A DNA stretch of 63,907 nucleotides, the filler included, from Basidiobolus ranarum (taxonomy: Eukaryota): the NCBI GenBank assembly GCA_040143965.1. It is 3 parts of 3 records of this genome, joined end to end, with 100 filler letters (N's around TTAATTAATTAA, not from the genome) between each part and the next. Parts side by side here need not be neighbours in the genome. Positions count along the whole stretch, not along the records: positions 1 to 21,325 come from JASJQH010000208.1; 2 more parts are not named here. One strand, written 5' to 3'. This document shows, one piece after another, positions 1 to 12,834 of the stretch. The translations under genes and the position numbers were made by a program. Positions within the stretch are counted from its first letter, which is position 1, and each line of letters opens with the position of its first letter. Below the pieces are notes generated by a model. It was not told where the DNA came from. It ran no database searches and saw only the letters and a list, made by a program, of their open reading frames with translations.

Positions 1-242
1 ACAGTATATTCCCTATTCAGTATATTATGTTTCACCTTGCAATATCTATGTAAGCCTCATGTATTCCTTGATCAGACCTCAGTCTGATCAACACCAGCTA
101 TCAATAAAGATTCCCACCAAAGCATCTTCCCTGTCTAGTCTTGTCTTGTCTTATCTTGTTTTGCGGTCTACACCCAAGTACTCTCCTGCCTTCTAACCTC
201 TTGTCATTGTTTCCAGTCCTTGTCCAGTTCCTTATTGTGACA
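1..242 (+). repeat. LTR fragment (3' part, ends ...TTGTGACA) of the Ty3/gypsy family
   Basis: 5-48 and 213-242 are repeated at 601-646 and 649-678; both copies end in TGTGACA, an LTR-type CA end. Confidence 0.6.
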
Positions 243-255
243 GGGTCAGTACTAT

Positions 256-678
256 TGTAAATTGATTTTATTTTTGTTAGGGTATTTATTTACTGTGAAT
301 ATCATGATTCTGATCTTGGCATACTCATCTACTACAAATCAAATTTTTTTGTTATTAGATTCTGACATCATACCTGCTGTACCATCCTTTCCTGGCAATC
401 TTGCACAAGTTCAATTATTTTACCTTATATAGAAGTTATGTTCTTGGGAATATTCCGGGAAACCTGACCTATCATATCATCCCACAGATAGTATATTTCT
501 GCCAAGACCTTCCATGGAAGGTGACCTGACCATCCTTACATCATCCCTCTTCAAATTGGTCCTTGTAGTACCCAACACCGTGACACTCAAACTTGCCGTA
601 ATATATTCCTTATTCTGTATATTGTGTTCAACCCTGCAATATCTATATCCAGTCCTTGTCCAGTTCCTTATTGTGACA
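256..678 (+). repeat. Probable 5' LTR of the gypsy element (internally deleted relative to the 1-242 copy)
   Basis: Ends CCAGTTCCTTATTGTGACA just upstream of the gag-pol region; the left TG boundary at 256 is a guess. Confidence 0.45.
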
Positions 679-1072
679 GTTTGATCAGACTACTCACACT
701 TGCCTGTACACATTGCTTGATCCCTGTTTTCTAACTTTGCAACCTCTCAAGGTTGGCTTACCTCTTATTACTCATATGTCCCAAGCTTCCCTGTTAACAC
801 AATGGTACCTTCCACCTTTGGACAATTGGTGTAAGTGCATCCTTGTCAAGTCACTACAGGTTCAGTTTACAGTTGTTTTTGGTCAAAGAAGCTTTAGTAG
901 TTGATAAAGATCAAAGGCCATTGATGCAAGCATATTCTTTTATCAAGTTACCAATCATTTCTTCAACAGAAAGTTGGACATTGCATTGTGATTATCATTC
1001 CTGGAGAAACTTGGGGTTTTCAAACTTCCACCTTGCAACATAGTAAGTATTATGTCTACACCAGCCCCAACA

Positions 1073-3490
1073 ATGGAAAATATCATGTGTGCCCTTGCTC
1101 AGCTTCAGCAAGAAAATTAATAACTTTGAGCTTCACTTGCTCAAGTACAGAATACAGCTCCACCCAACAATCCTGCAAATCCAACTCCTGAGCCAAAGAT
1201 TACGTTACCAAATAAGTTTGATGGCTGTTGCCAAAACTATTGTGGTTTTATCAACCAAGTAAACTCATCATCAGGCTACATCCCCATTGCTATCCCTCTG
1301 ACCAAACAAAAGTAGGCATAGTGGGAACAATATTAGCTGGAACAGCTCTATCTTGGTTTGCTCCTTTATGAAAAGTCAATCTCTGCTTCTTTTAAATTTC
1401 CTTGCTGAACTAGAAACTACATTTGCAAATGCAGACAAGGAAAGAACTTCAGCTATCAAGCTCTGTGCACTCAAACAAGGGTCAAAGCCTGCATCAGCTT
1501 ATGCTGCAGAATTTTGCCTTCTTGCCTGTGATCTGAAATGGGGAGAATCTGCCCTCATCAGCCAGCTCCAATATAGACTACAATAAAATATTAAGGATCT
1601 CTTACTCATTATGGCTGACCCCATGACCTTGAGTGATGCTATCCATTAGGCAGTTATATGTGACAACTGGCCAATTGAAAGACAACAACAAAGCAATCAG
1701 GTTCCTTCATACTCTCCTTCCTCAACATCTTCCAGATCTGCCTTCCATCAGACACAAAATACAACTCATGAAGATGACCCAATGCAAATTGATGGAACTT
1801 GATTTGGAATGCTTATCCCTAAAGAGAAATATCAATGCAAACAGGAGAATCTATGCCTCTGTTGTGGAGCTCCTGGACATGCAGCTGGAAACTGTGCAAA
1901 AATTATCCTGGACTTAAGATCAACAATATGCAAGTAGAAGGGAACTCTCCCCAACCATCAGAAAACTTCAACACCCAGCTGCAATAATGGGCATGCAGTT
2001 GGGCCAACCATCTTCAAAAATGTCTCTTCACCATACATTGCAATCTCTGCAGTCATACCAATCATCAAAGCTGCCCATTGCACTCCTGCTACCAAAATCC
2101 AGATCAATAAAAACAACAGCATTTCTTGATTCAGATGCTTCCTCCTGTTCTAATGACTCTGCCTTTGTCAAATCCCACTATATCCATACATTCCAGAAAT
2201 TTAGTCCAGTCATGGTAGAAGTAACTGATGCAAGGCCACTATTATTGGGCTCTCTAACCCATGAGACAACCTTTATAACACTCATGTCCACTGCTCATCA
2301 AGAAGAAATAGCCTTTAATATCATTTCTTCACCTCACCATCTTGTCATCATTGGTGTCGCATGGCTCATGCATCACAACCCAGTAATCAACTGGAAAAAG
2401 AAGATTATCATGTTCAATCAAGTTCCACCTGCTAGTCCATGCAAAGTATCCAACTCATCATCAGCCCAAATCCTCAAAACATCTCTGCACCCAATATCCA
2501 TTGACAGTGCTGCTGAAGAGCTTAAACCAACAAAATCCATAGTTCCTAAACTGCCACCCAATTACTTAGCTTTTGCAAATATCCTTGGCAAAAAGAAACT
2601 TGATATACTACCAGCTCACTGCCTATCTGATTGCCCTTTAAATCTAAAAGAAGGAAAACAACCACCATTTGGGCCTATATATGAGCAGACCTGGCCATAA
2701 CCCAACATTCTGAAAGAGTATATCATAGAAAATCTGGAGAAAGGATTTATCTGAAATTCAAAGTCTCCAGCAGGCTCTCCATCTTATTTGTAAAGAAAAA
2801 GGATGGATCCCTCCATCTCTGTGCTGATTATCAAGGCCCAAATAGCATTACAGTCAAAAATTGGTACCCTGTGCCATTATTCAACTCACTCTTGGATTAG
2901 CTTGCTTCAGCCAGGGTATTTACAAAGATTGATTCAAGAGGTTTTTACAATCTTATCAGAATCAAACCAGGAACTATTTGACTGTAAACAATCTTGCCCA
3001 CAAGCATTTGCAACTTTAAAGAATGCTTTTATCTAAGCACCAATGCTGGAACTTCCCAAACTAGACAAGCCATTTATTGTTGAAACCAATGAATCTGACT
3101 TTGCTCTAGGAGCAGCATAACACAGTATGGTGACAACAACTTACTACTCCCTATTGCCTCTTACTCAAGAGAGTTCTCTGCAGCAAAAATCAACTATAAC
3201 ATCTATGACATGGAACCATTAGCAATCAATGCTGCATTTGAACAATGACAACAGTACTTGGATGGAGCTAATCACACAATCACTGTCTATTGTAATCATA
3301 AGAATCAACAGTATTTTAGTACAACCAAAGTTCTCACCCTGTGTCAAGCAAGAAGGTCATTATTTCTTGCCAGTTTTAATTTTGTGATTACATATTGACA
3401 GGTAGCCAGCAAGGAAAAACTGATGCCTTATCATGTAGAGCAGAATATCAGGCTAAAGAAGGGGATGAGGCCTTTGGCCAGCAAACTCTT
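1073..3490 (+). mobile_element. Degenerate Ty3/gypsy retrotransposon gag-pol (gag, protease, partial RT, RNase H)
   Basis: Gag PEPKITLPNKFDG and CCHC knuckle CLCCGAPGHAAGNC (~1850-1895); protease AFLDSDAS; RT start PPFGPIY...VKKKDGS; RNase H KPFIVETNESDFALGA; many stops and frameshifts, and most of the RT core is missing. Confidence 0.9.
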
Positions 3491-4840
3491 CCCCTAACAA
3501 AAATAAAATTGATTAGAATTGGATATGATCTACCCTTCTGGATTGTAATAACATCAGAAAGCCATCCCAATATTAGTGGCTGGCATTCTGCCAGGGATTT
3601 TGATGGTGTGATGGTAGTTTCTTGAAGGTATTTTGATGGTGTTCATACATGTTAAAATATTGATCCTCCAACTTGGCATGCATTATTTGATTTCTGGCAA
3701 TTTTTGCAAAAAGCTAATTTTTGAATGGCCAATTACTGGGTTTACTGCTGTAGGAACTTGAATTAATATGCATGCCTTTATTTATACATTTTAGGCTTTG
3801 TATTCCGGCCATAATGAGGATCAAAAAATTCAAGAATCTCATTGTGCTTAGTCTCTCTATATGCACATACTTGACTGATCAGACATAACTCAACAACATC
3901 AATATGCTTTGCCAGCAAACTAATGGTGGGAAAATTGCTAAACATCTGGAATTTTGAATAGTACTAACACTTGGCAAATAGCTGACTCTTGTTACCATTC
4001 ACAATGAGAATAAGCTATTGGATTTGGGCAGATTTCCATCAAGAGTTGAGCCAATATATACCCAACTTGCCTTCAACAAATGTCCTGCCACAAGTAGAAG
4101 TGTCACTGCTTGAATAGATTACCCCATGGCTAAAACAATAATACTACATTTCTTGATCTATCTCACCAAGAAGTCTGTCTTGCAGCTTTCCTAGAAATAC
4201 TGTCAGATAATCACGCAAACAAAAGAGTTCAAATTATGGAGGTTCTTACTCTATGTCCCTGGATTGGGCATTGTTGCTTTTGTTTTGCTCAAATAATGCA
4301 AAAACCTATGAGCACATTGAAAAGAGCCATTAGTTGGAGGTTATATATACTGTGGAGTCTTCTAAACCCATCTCATTACATTACATTCAAAACTTTAAGA
4401 TGAGGAGTCAAAGGTATGTTGGCTAAATATGAACAATATTTTCCTAATTCAGTGATTGCTAATTGTGTGCAAACAGTACATGACTTCAGGTTCTTCAGAT
4501 CACCGGTGAGAGCAAAACCACTATTTGGACTTGAAGTTAGCTTCATTACTGAAGGATCATCAGTCATATACTTGACTAATGTTTTTCACTTGTACCTGGT
4601 CTGTGGCAAGCAACAGTTGCCAATCAACTGTGGTAAAAGTGTAAGAAAACCAATAAACACCTGGTCACAAAGATTGGATTGGACGCTCCACTCCTCAATA
4701 ATCAAAGCTGCTTCCTTTACTGTGAGTGTTATGAGTGGACTAATACCTGCTGATAACCAAGAGTCCGAAGTAAAACCATCATCTTATTCATCAACTTGTG
4801 ATATGCTACCATCAGTACTTGAATTAGCAAGGTGAACATA
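3491..4840 (-). mobile_element. CACTA/EnSpm(CMC)-like DNA transposon fragment with terminus CCCCTAACA at 3491
   Basis: Minus-strand SCTVCTQL...YLANIPLTPHL is homologous to the Tnp2-like fragment at 12040-12830; the terminus resembles the ends at 19698 and 41615. Confidence 0.55.
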
Positions 4841-4849
4841 TAAAATTTA

Positions 4850-5230
4850 GGGCTTTGAACTGATGAAATCCAACTTCAATTATCTTCAAATACAGCTATA
4901 GCACTTTTTTGGATGTATCCTAAGTCTGCCAATAACTTCCTAAACCACGTAGCTTCTTATGTAGCAGTAGAGGCAGCCATATACTATGCTTCTGTAGTGG
5001 AAAATGTTATGGTTGGTTGCTTCTTACTATTCCAAGTTATGGCTCAATTACCTTAGAGAAAAGTGTACCCGGTTGTTGATCTTCTATGATCAAAGTTTCT
5101 TTCCCAGTCTGCATCACTGCAGCCTTCAAACCTTTGTGCATCAGGAGTGGCAGAGTATTCCAGAACTAGATCTACAGTTTCTCTGAAATATCTGAATATT
5201 TGTTGTACTGCAGTTTTATGCTTTGATATA
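4850..5230 (-). mobile_element. Extra Ty1/copia RT/RNase H fragment
   Basis: Minus strand encodes DADWERNFDHRRSTTGY...WNSKKQPTI...STTEA*YMAAS, paralogous to 5540-5830. Confidence 0.8.
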
Positions 5231-5301
5231 AGAGTTGCTATTTACCTCATTTCACCATTTCTACTCAACTAGATATTTTGTAATTGTCTTAAACCTCACT
5301 T

Positions 5302-8300
5302 TTATCTTAATAATTTAAAAGGTGCTTTAGCCAGAGGTTTGGTTAAGATGTCAGCAATCATTTCTGCTTTAGGACAATAGAGAAGTTGAATTAAGTCATC
5401 CTCTATTGCTTTTCTAACAAAATGCTGCCTAATACCTGAATGTTTTGTTCTAGTATAAAAAGCAGGGTTTTTAGCTGACGAAATATAACTTGGATTATCT
5501 TCAAACACAGTAATAGCACATTTTTGCATGTATCCTTAGTCTGCAAACAACTTCTTAAAACTCATAGCTATTTGTCTGGCAGCAGAGGCAGCCATATACC
5601 CTGCTTCTGTAGTGAAAGTGCTCCAGTTGGTTGCTTTGTACTATTTGAAGTTGAGGCTCCATAACCATAGAGAAGAGCATATCCAGTTGTCAATCTTCTA
5701 TCATTGAGGTTTCTTCCCCAGTCTGTATGACTCTAGCCTTCAAACTTTTGTGCATCAGGTGTGGGAGTGTATTCCAAACCTTAATCTACTGTTCCTCTCA
5801 AGTACACAAATATTTGTTTCACTGCAGTTTTGTGTTCATATCTAAAATTTATGAGATATTGCCTGTCAGTTCCCACTGCTACAGCAATTTCTGGACATGT
5901 TCCAACCATTGTATACAATGAACTACCCACCATGGATTGATAAGGGAGCTCCTGGCTTTGATTTGAGTTGTATTGGGCCAAATTGGATGAAATTTTGATT
6001 TACTTCACATTGAGATCCATTGGTGTTGATACAGGCTGAATATTCACCGTGTTGAAGCATTTAAAGATATCTATGATGTATCCAATTTGATTCACTATGA
6101 TTTTTGGATTAGGTTCATCTTTCTTGATTTGGATGCTAAGGAAACAATTTAATTCATTCATATCAGTTGTCTGAATTTGGTTTGATAATCTGCTTTTTGT
6201 CTGATTATGTGCTTCTCAAGCTTTGTGGCTATGATCAAGTCCTCTACATATAGTGCCAAGATAAGGATCCTATACTGTGATCTGCTGTTTATTTTTGGAA
6301 TTCTTGTGATTCCAAATAGAAATCTATCTTGTTGTATCATGCCCTGCATGCTTACTTGAGTCCATATAGCCATATTTGCAATTGACAGACCATATCAGGG
6401 TGGTTGGGGCCAACAAATCCATATGTGTGCTCTATATAGATCTCTTCTTCTAGATTTCCATTCAGAAAGGCTGATTTTTGCATCTGTTTGATGTAAATCA
6501 AGATTATGGATGGCTTAGAGTGCCAGGATTGTTCTGATTGAGGTAAGGTTAGCTACTGAAGCAAATGTTTTATTAAAATCAACTCCTGGGGACCAGTTAT
6601 AACCTTTTGCAGCTAATGTTTCTTTATACTTTTCGATGGTTCCATCAGCTTGGCTTTTGGCTTTGTATATCCATTTGCAACCTGTTGGCTTTCCCCCTAA
6701 TGGTAGGGGACTTAAAACCCATATTTGATTGTCACAAAGTGAAGAAAACTCATCAGACAATGCTTTTTCAGTAATCTTAACTCTGGATGCTCCAGAGATT
6801 AATTTGGAGTCTGTGGCTTGTCACATAATGCTGCATACACATATACATAATCATTGAAAGTGATCCACCTGGTTCCTGGCTAGTTTCACCTTCTGGATCA
6901 TTTTTGAGTTCCTGAATCATCCTCTGCTGTAATTGAGCCTGGAATTTTGTTGCTTAAGGCTCAGATAGAGCTGGAAGTTTGTCAGACACTTTATAAATAG
7001 TGCTGATTGTGCTTTCTGGATCAAGAACTGTGATTTGAGATGAAAAATCTACTTTTTCATCAATAAATCACATCTCTGTACCTAATGACCTTCTAATTTT
7101 TAGTAGCACACAGTCTTTTGGCCTTAGAGGCATTGGAGTAACCAAGAAATATGCATTTTCTGCTTTTGGGTTCCAATTTAGAGCTTTTTTTGAGTAGGAA
7201 TAAGGCTATAGACAGTGCAATCAATGATCCTGAGATGATCCACACTTGGCTTTGATCCATATGGGGCTTAAAATGGAGTATAATTTTGCAGTAATCTTGT
7301 TGGGCATCTGTTTGCAAATGAGACTGCAATGGAGCCAGATTCAGCCCAATATTGGTAATCCATTTTTTGCTCATATAACATTAATCTTGCCATCTTCATT
7401 TTGGTCCTATTAGCACATTCTGCAACTCCATTTTGCAGTGGAGTATAAGGCACAGTAGGTTGATGCTTAATTCCATGTTAAGTACAAAAATTAGCAAAGT
7501 CTTCAGAGCAGTATTGTTCACCATTATCACTCCTTAGCACCCATATTTTTTATGCCAAATCTTTTTATGCCATTGCTTCAAAGGGCTTGAACCTAGCTAA
7601 GGATTTAGATCTTGATTTGAGGCAGAATACACAAGTATATCTTGTTTTATCATCAATACAGGTCATAAAGTACCTGTTGCCACCTAATGAGATATTTCAC
7701 ATGGGCCCACATAGGTCAGAATGAATCAGGGCCAAACTCTGAGTGGATTTGATTTCTCTGGAGCTTGAAAATGGCTGTCTGTGATGTTTTCCATATATGC
7801 AGCCTTCACATAGATCCAATTAAGTTTTATTTTTAATTTCTAAGCCTGAACCAAGCTAATTTTGAAACATTTGGTTCAGTCTTTGTTCCCCAAGGGGACC
7901 TAATCATCTATGCTATGCCATACAGCTTTTTCACTTGTTTTGGCCAAGTTTGCATGCTCTGAATGCATCCAGTGCATAGTCATTACTTGAGTAAACTTCC
8001 CATGTTTGGATAGGCTTTAAGCTGGAAAACCAATGTTTCTTGTTTGATATATGCTGGGAAGCTCCTGAATCAATGTACCACATTTCAGAGTCTTCCTTAG
8101 TGGTTACCAATGGGGCAGACACAAATTGATGATCTCCATCAGTGCTTACTTGATTTGCTTGTTCCAATTTCAGCTTTTTGGCAAAAATCCTTTTGCTGCA
8201 AACTTTGAATAAATGGCCTGCTTTCTTGAAATACTTGCTGATGATTGATTTCCTATTAGGGCCACCATTATTGAAGCCTAAAAATGCCTGTTCTGCCAAA

Positions 8301-8837
8301 TTTTGCTGAGAATTTGATCTCCTTAATACCTCATTCACAAGCCTAGCAACAAAATATTCCATTGTTAATGGCTCTGATCTTGATTCTAGGGCAAATGCAA
8401 GGTTCCCAAGCTTGTCTGGCAGGCTCCTAAGTAGTGGCATGACTAAGTCATCTTCATTTAGAGGTGCTCCAATGGATGAGAGCTGATCAGCCATAGTTTT
8501 ATCTAATTTATGTGATTAAGCATCAAGTGTTTCTCAAGCATTTTGGATACTTTTGGTTGATTATATATACTTCAATTGAGAGTCTTAGAGATGTAAACAA
8601 AGTGTAGAGTGTGCTCTCCTCTTCTTCTTGTGAAAGGTAACAATAGCTTTGGGTGGATCCTTGGGCTCTATTTCTTCTACTTTAACAAATACCCAAAGGT
8701 CCTTGTCTTCAAGCACCACTTGCATCTTGAACTTCCAAAGGTGAAAGTCTTCACCATTAAACCTCTCTGTGGATGCCAAAACGTTGGTTATAGTACTGGT
8801 AGATATTCCTTTAATGGCTAGCTCAGGGCTCATAGCT
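5302..8837 (-). mobile_element. Degenerate Ty1/copia element internal region (gag, protease, integrase, RT, RNase H)
   Basis: Gag FNGEDFHLWKFKMQ, protease WYIDSGAS, integrase TPLQNGVAE, RT GCKWIYK and LYVEDL, RNase H FEDN...RTKH in copia domain order. Confidence 0.93.
8824..8837 (-). promoter_or_regulatory. Primer-binding site complementary to the tRNA(iMet) anticodon arm (Ty5/copia half-tRNA type)
   Basis: Minus strand AGCTATGAGCCCTG directly follows the LTR CA; the expected form is GGTTATGAGCCCTG. Confidence 0.7.
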
Positions 8838-9177
8838 TGCTTAAAGTGTTTAGGGGGTTTGGAAGTGTTTAGGAAAGATTTGGATTTGTGAATTTTTTGC
8901 TAGACACTTGAGTTTTATTGCATTGAATACGTCTTATTTATGATATACTATAAAATAGAACTATTGGATGCAATTAGATCATATCAAAAATGCCTGTTAA
9001 GCTTAGGTGAAGATTTGAGGTGATTTGCATAAGTTTTGAGAAAATAGCAAAAATTGATATTTCTGTCAATTGGAGCAATAAACACATGCTTTTGAATGGC
9101 AGAATTGAGTGCTAAATAATGAGATTGTTTATAAACTAACTACCAAATAATGAGTGGCTATTTATGTAATTTCAACA
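8838..9177 (-). repeat. 5' LTR (340 bp, TGTTGAA...CA) of the minus-strand copia element
   Basis: TG...CA ends on the minus strand; reverse complement aligns with 15245-15568. Confidence 0.8.
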
Positions 9178-9199
9178 GTTTAATCCAAGATAGCAGAGA

Positions 9200-12035
9200 A
9201 ATGATTTTTGCCAAAAAGCTAAAATGGGAACAAGCAAATCAAGTAAGTGCTGATAGGGATCATCAATTTGTGTCTGCCCCATTGGTAATTACTAAGGAAG
9301 ACTCTGAAATGTGGTACATTGATTCTGGAGCTTCCCAGCATATATCAAACAAGCAATGTTGGTTTTCCAGCTTAAAGCCTATCCAAACATGGGAAGTCTA
9401 CTTAAGTAATAACAATGCACTAGATACAGTTGGTAAGGGCACAGTTGAGTTGTGGTGATTTTAGACCAAACTCAGCTATACCATCTGCAAAATTAAATGA
9501 TGTATTCCAAGAACTAAATATAGCCAAGAATCTACTCTCAATAAGTCAAGCAACAACCAAAGGACTAATTTGTGTTCTACAAGACTCAATGCACCATCAG
9601 AGCTTCAATGAATACCATAGGAGCTACCTGGATCAAAACTCAAAACTTATACAAGCTAGAAATGAACAAATGGCATTATGATTATTAACATGCAAACTGG
9701 GCAAAAACTGGTGAAATAAGTTGTCAAACATTGCATAGAAGATTAGGCCACATTGTAGAACAAGATTGCCCTAAATGATATCAAATCAGCTAGATTGAGG
9801 CTTAGAAATTGAAATTGTCATCAAATTGTTTCAGTGTAAAGGTTGCACATATGGAAAACATCACAGACAGCTGTTCTCAAGCTCTGTAGAAATCAAATCA
9901 ACTCACATTTTTTCCCTGATTCATACCAATCTATGTAGGCACATGTTAAACATCTTACTTAGTTGCACAAGGTGCCTAATGACCTTTATTAATCAGAAAA
10001 CCAGATACAACAGGGTATTCTCTCCAATCAAATCTGAAGCCTTAGCAACACTTAGGCACTACAAAGCAGTGGTGGAGAAAGAATCAGCACCAGAAATATT
10101 GGCATAGAGAGGTGACAATGATGGAGAAAAATGTTCTAAAGACTTTGCAAGTGTCTGCTCTAAAATGGAATTTAGCAACAAACTACAGTACCTTTTTCTC
10201 CAAGGTAAAATTCAGTTTAAGAATGTGCTAATAGGACCATAGTGGAGATTGCAAGATCATTATTACATGTCCAAAAGTTAGATTACAAGTATTTGGCTGA
10301 ATCTGTATTGGCTACAGTCTATATCAAAAACAGATGTCCAACAAGATTGCTATGAAATTCTACTCCATTTGAAGCCCTTTATGGATGATAACCAAGGGTG
10401 GATCTTCTCAGGTTCTATGGTTACACATCATATTGCCACATTAAAGCTCCAGGATGTTCTGAATTGGAACCCAAAGGCAAAAAATGTAGATTTCTTGGTT
10501 ACTGTGATGGACCCAAGACCTACAGACTGTCTGACACAAACAATCAGAAGTTAATTATGTGTGGAAATCCAATCACAATTCTTGATCTAGAAAGCACAAT
10601 CACCACTATTCAGAAAGTGTTTGGTGAAGTTGCAGCTGTATCTGAGCTTAACTCAACCTAAAATCCAGCCCCAATTACATCAGTTGATGATTCAGAACCT
10701 AGAAAATCATCCAGAAAGAGGAATAAGGCTGGGAACTGGTGGAACACTTCAAATGCTGCTTGCTATGCTTATGCAGCATTCTGTAATGAGCAACAGACTC
10801 TAGATCAAGTTCTGGAGTGAACAGATTTAATATCATGTGAAGAAGCAATGTCTGATGTGTTTTGGTTACTTCTGGTCAGTAGGATGTGAATATTGAAGTC
10901 TCTGCCATTAGGAAGAAAGTCAATAGGTTGCAAATGGGTCTCTAAAGTCAAAAACCAAACTGATTGAACCATTGCAAGGTACATTGCAGGATTAGTTGCA
11001 AAAGGTTACTCCCAGGCTCAAGAAGTTGATTTTTATGAAATCTTTGCTCCAGTCACCAAATTTAGCTCCATTAGATCAATCCTGGCACTCTCAGCTATCC
11101 ATTACCTTAATTTACATTGAATGGATGTAAATACAGCTTACTGGAAGGAATTCTAGAAAAACAGATCTATAGAGAGCAACTAGATGGATTTGCTGACCCA
11201 AAACCCCTGGATATGGTCTGGAAACTGCTAAAATTGCTGCATACACTCAAGCAAGCATCCAGGGCATGGTCCAACAAGATAGATCATTGGAATTCCAAAA
11301 TGTGCAGCAAATCACAGTATTTTTATCAAGATAACTATGAATAGGATCCTTTCCTTGTTACTATATGATGATGACCTCATCATAGACATAAACATTCTGG
11401 AAGCACTTAATCAGATGAAAAGCAGCTTAGCAAGCTGATTGCAGATGACTGATATGGGTGTAGTTATTTTCTGGGAATAACAAACAAGAGTGCTGAACCC
11501 AATCAGAAAATGCTGCTGAAGCAGTCAGGATACATCCTACACATCCTAAAGCACTTTAACCTGGAGAATAGAAAACCTGTATCAGCACTAATGGAACCTG
11601 ATGTGAAATTAGTCAAGATGTCATCCAACTTGGCCCTAAATGGGTCAAATCAATACCAGAAGTTCCCATATCAATCCATGGTGGGTGGTTTAATGTGACA
11701 ATGATTCCAACATATCCAGACATTGCTGTGGCAGTGGGAACTGTCAGCCAGTTTCACAAGAATCCAGGATCTGAGCACAAAACTGCAGCAAACAAATACT
11801 GAGATACCCAAGAGGAACGATGTATCCAGTTCTTGAATACTCTGGCACTCCAAATGCAGAAGATTTCGAAGGCTACAGTGATGCAGACTGGGAAAGAAAT
11901 CTTGATCATAGAAGAACAGCAACCAGGTACACTTTTCTCAATGGAAATGGAGCTAAAACTTGGGATAGTAAGAAGCAACCAAGCATAGCACATTCTACTA
12001 CAGAACAGAGTGTATGGCTGCCTCTGCAACTACAC
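9200..12035 (+). mobile_element. Degenerate Ty1/copia pol copy (protease to RNase H)
   Basis: WYIDSGAS, CKGCTYGKHHR, GCKWV.KVK, YDDDL, GYSDADW, SKKQPSIAHSTTE; many stops. Confidence 0.9.
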
Positions 12036-12830
12036 CAATTGAACCATCTGAAAAACCCAAAGTCATGTATGGTTTGTGCACAAGTGGCAATGACTGAATC
12101 AGTTAACATTGTGCATGTCTGGCTTACATACCATTAATTACCCATTTTATAGTTTTGATGAAGTCACCCAAACATAGACCATCAATCCATTACCAGAGTA
12201 CTCACCGTAAAGCTGATTATATAGCCAATATGCATGATGGATATTACTACCAGAATCTGAGAAGGCAAGGTTTGTTTAACAACACATATGATCATGCATT
12301 TGCATTTGCTCTGGATGATTACTCACTGAACAAACATACCATTCAAAAGGCTTGCTGGCCAATAATTTTAATTGTCTAAGAACTTCTTCCATCTGAATAT
12401 TAAAGGAGTCATAATATATTAATTGTATGATTATATCTGGACCTACATCACCAGTGGGTATATATAGCTTATTGGAGCTTTCAATTATGTAATTTCAGCA
12501 GTTATCTAATGGGGCTCAGATGGGTGCATATTTTTTTAAAGGTGAGATCATTGTATATATTTGTGATACCCCTGCCATCAATAAATTATGAGGTTTTTGT
12601 GGGCACAATGGATTATCTTGCTGTAGATTTTGTCAAATAAATGGAGTTTACTCTACCAGGCATATGCATTACTACTATGCAAATACTACACAAATTACAT
12701 GATTTTACCATCAAGAGCCAGGTCAGATTTCAAACTCTTGCTGATATCAATTCACCAAATAATCAGTCCAACATCAACCTTGGGATATGCTGTAAGCCTA
12801 GGAATATATTGCTAAAGGGGCCCGCTATGG
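12036..12830 (+). mobile_element. CACTA/EnSpm-like Tnp2 (Transposase_21-like) fragment
   Basis: HDGYYYQNL...AFALDDY...CWPIIL, GPTSP...SLLE, DTPAI...GFCGHNG..C..CQINGVY motifs. Confidence 0.75.
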
Positions 12831-12834
12831 AGAG

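Noticed and set aside
135-165. (TCTTG)n short tandem repeat
   Set aside because: Ordinary microsatellite within an LTR; no CRISPR-like spacer structure seen anywhere in the window
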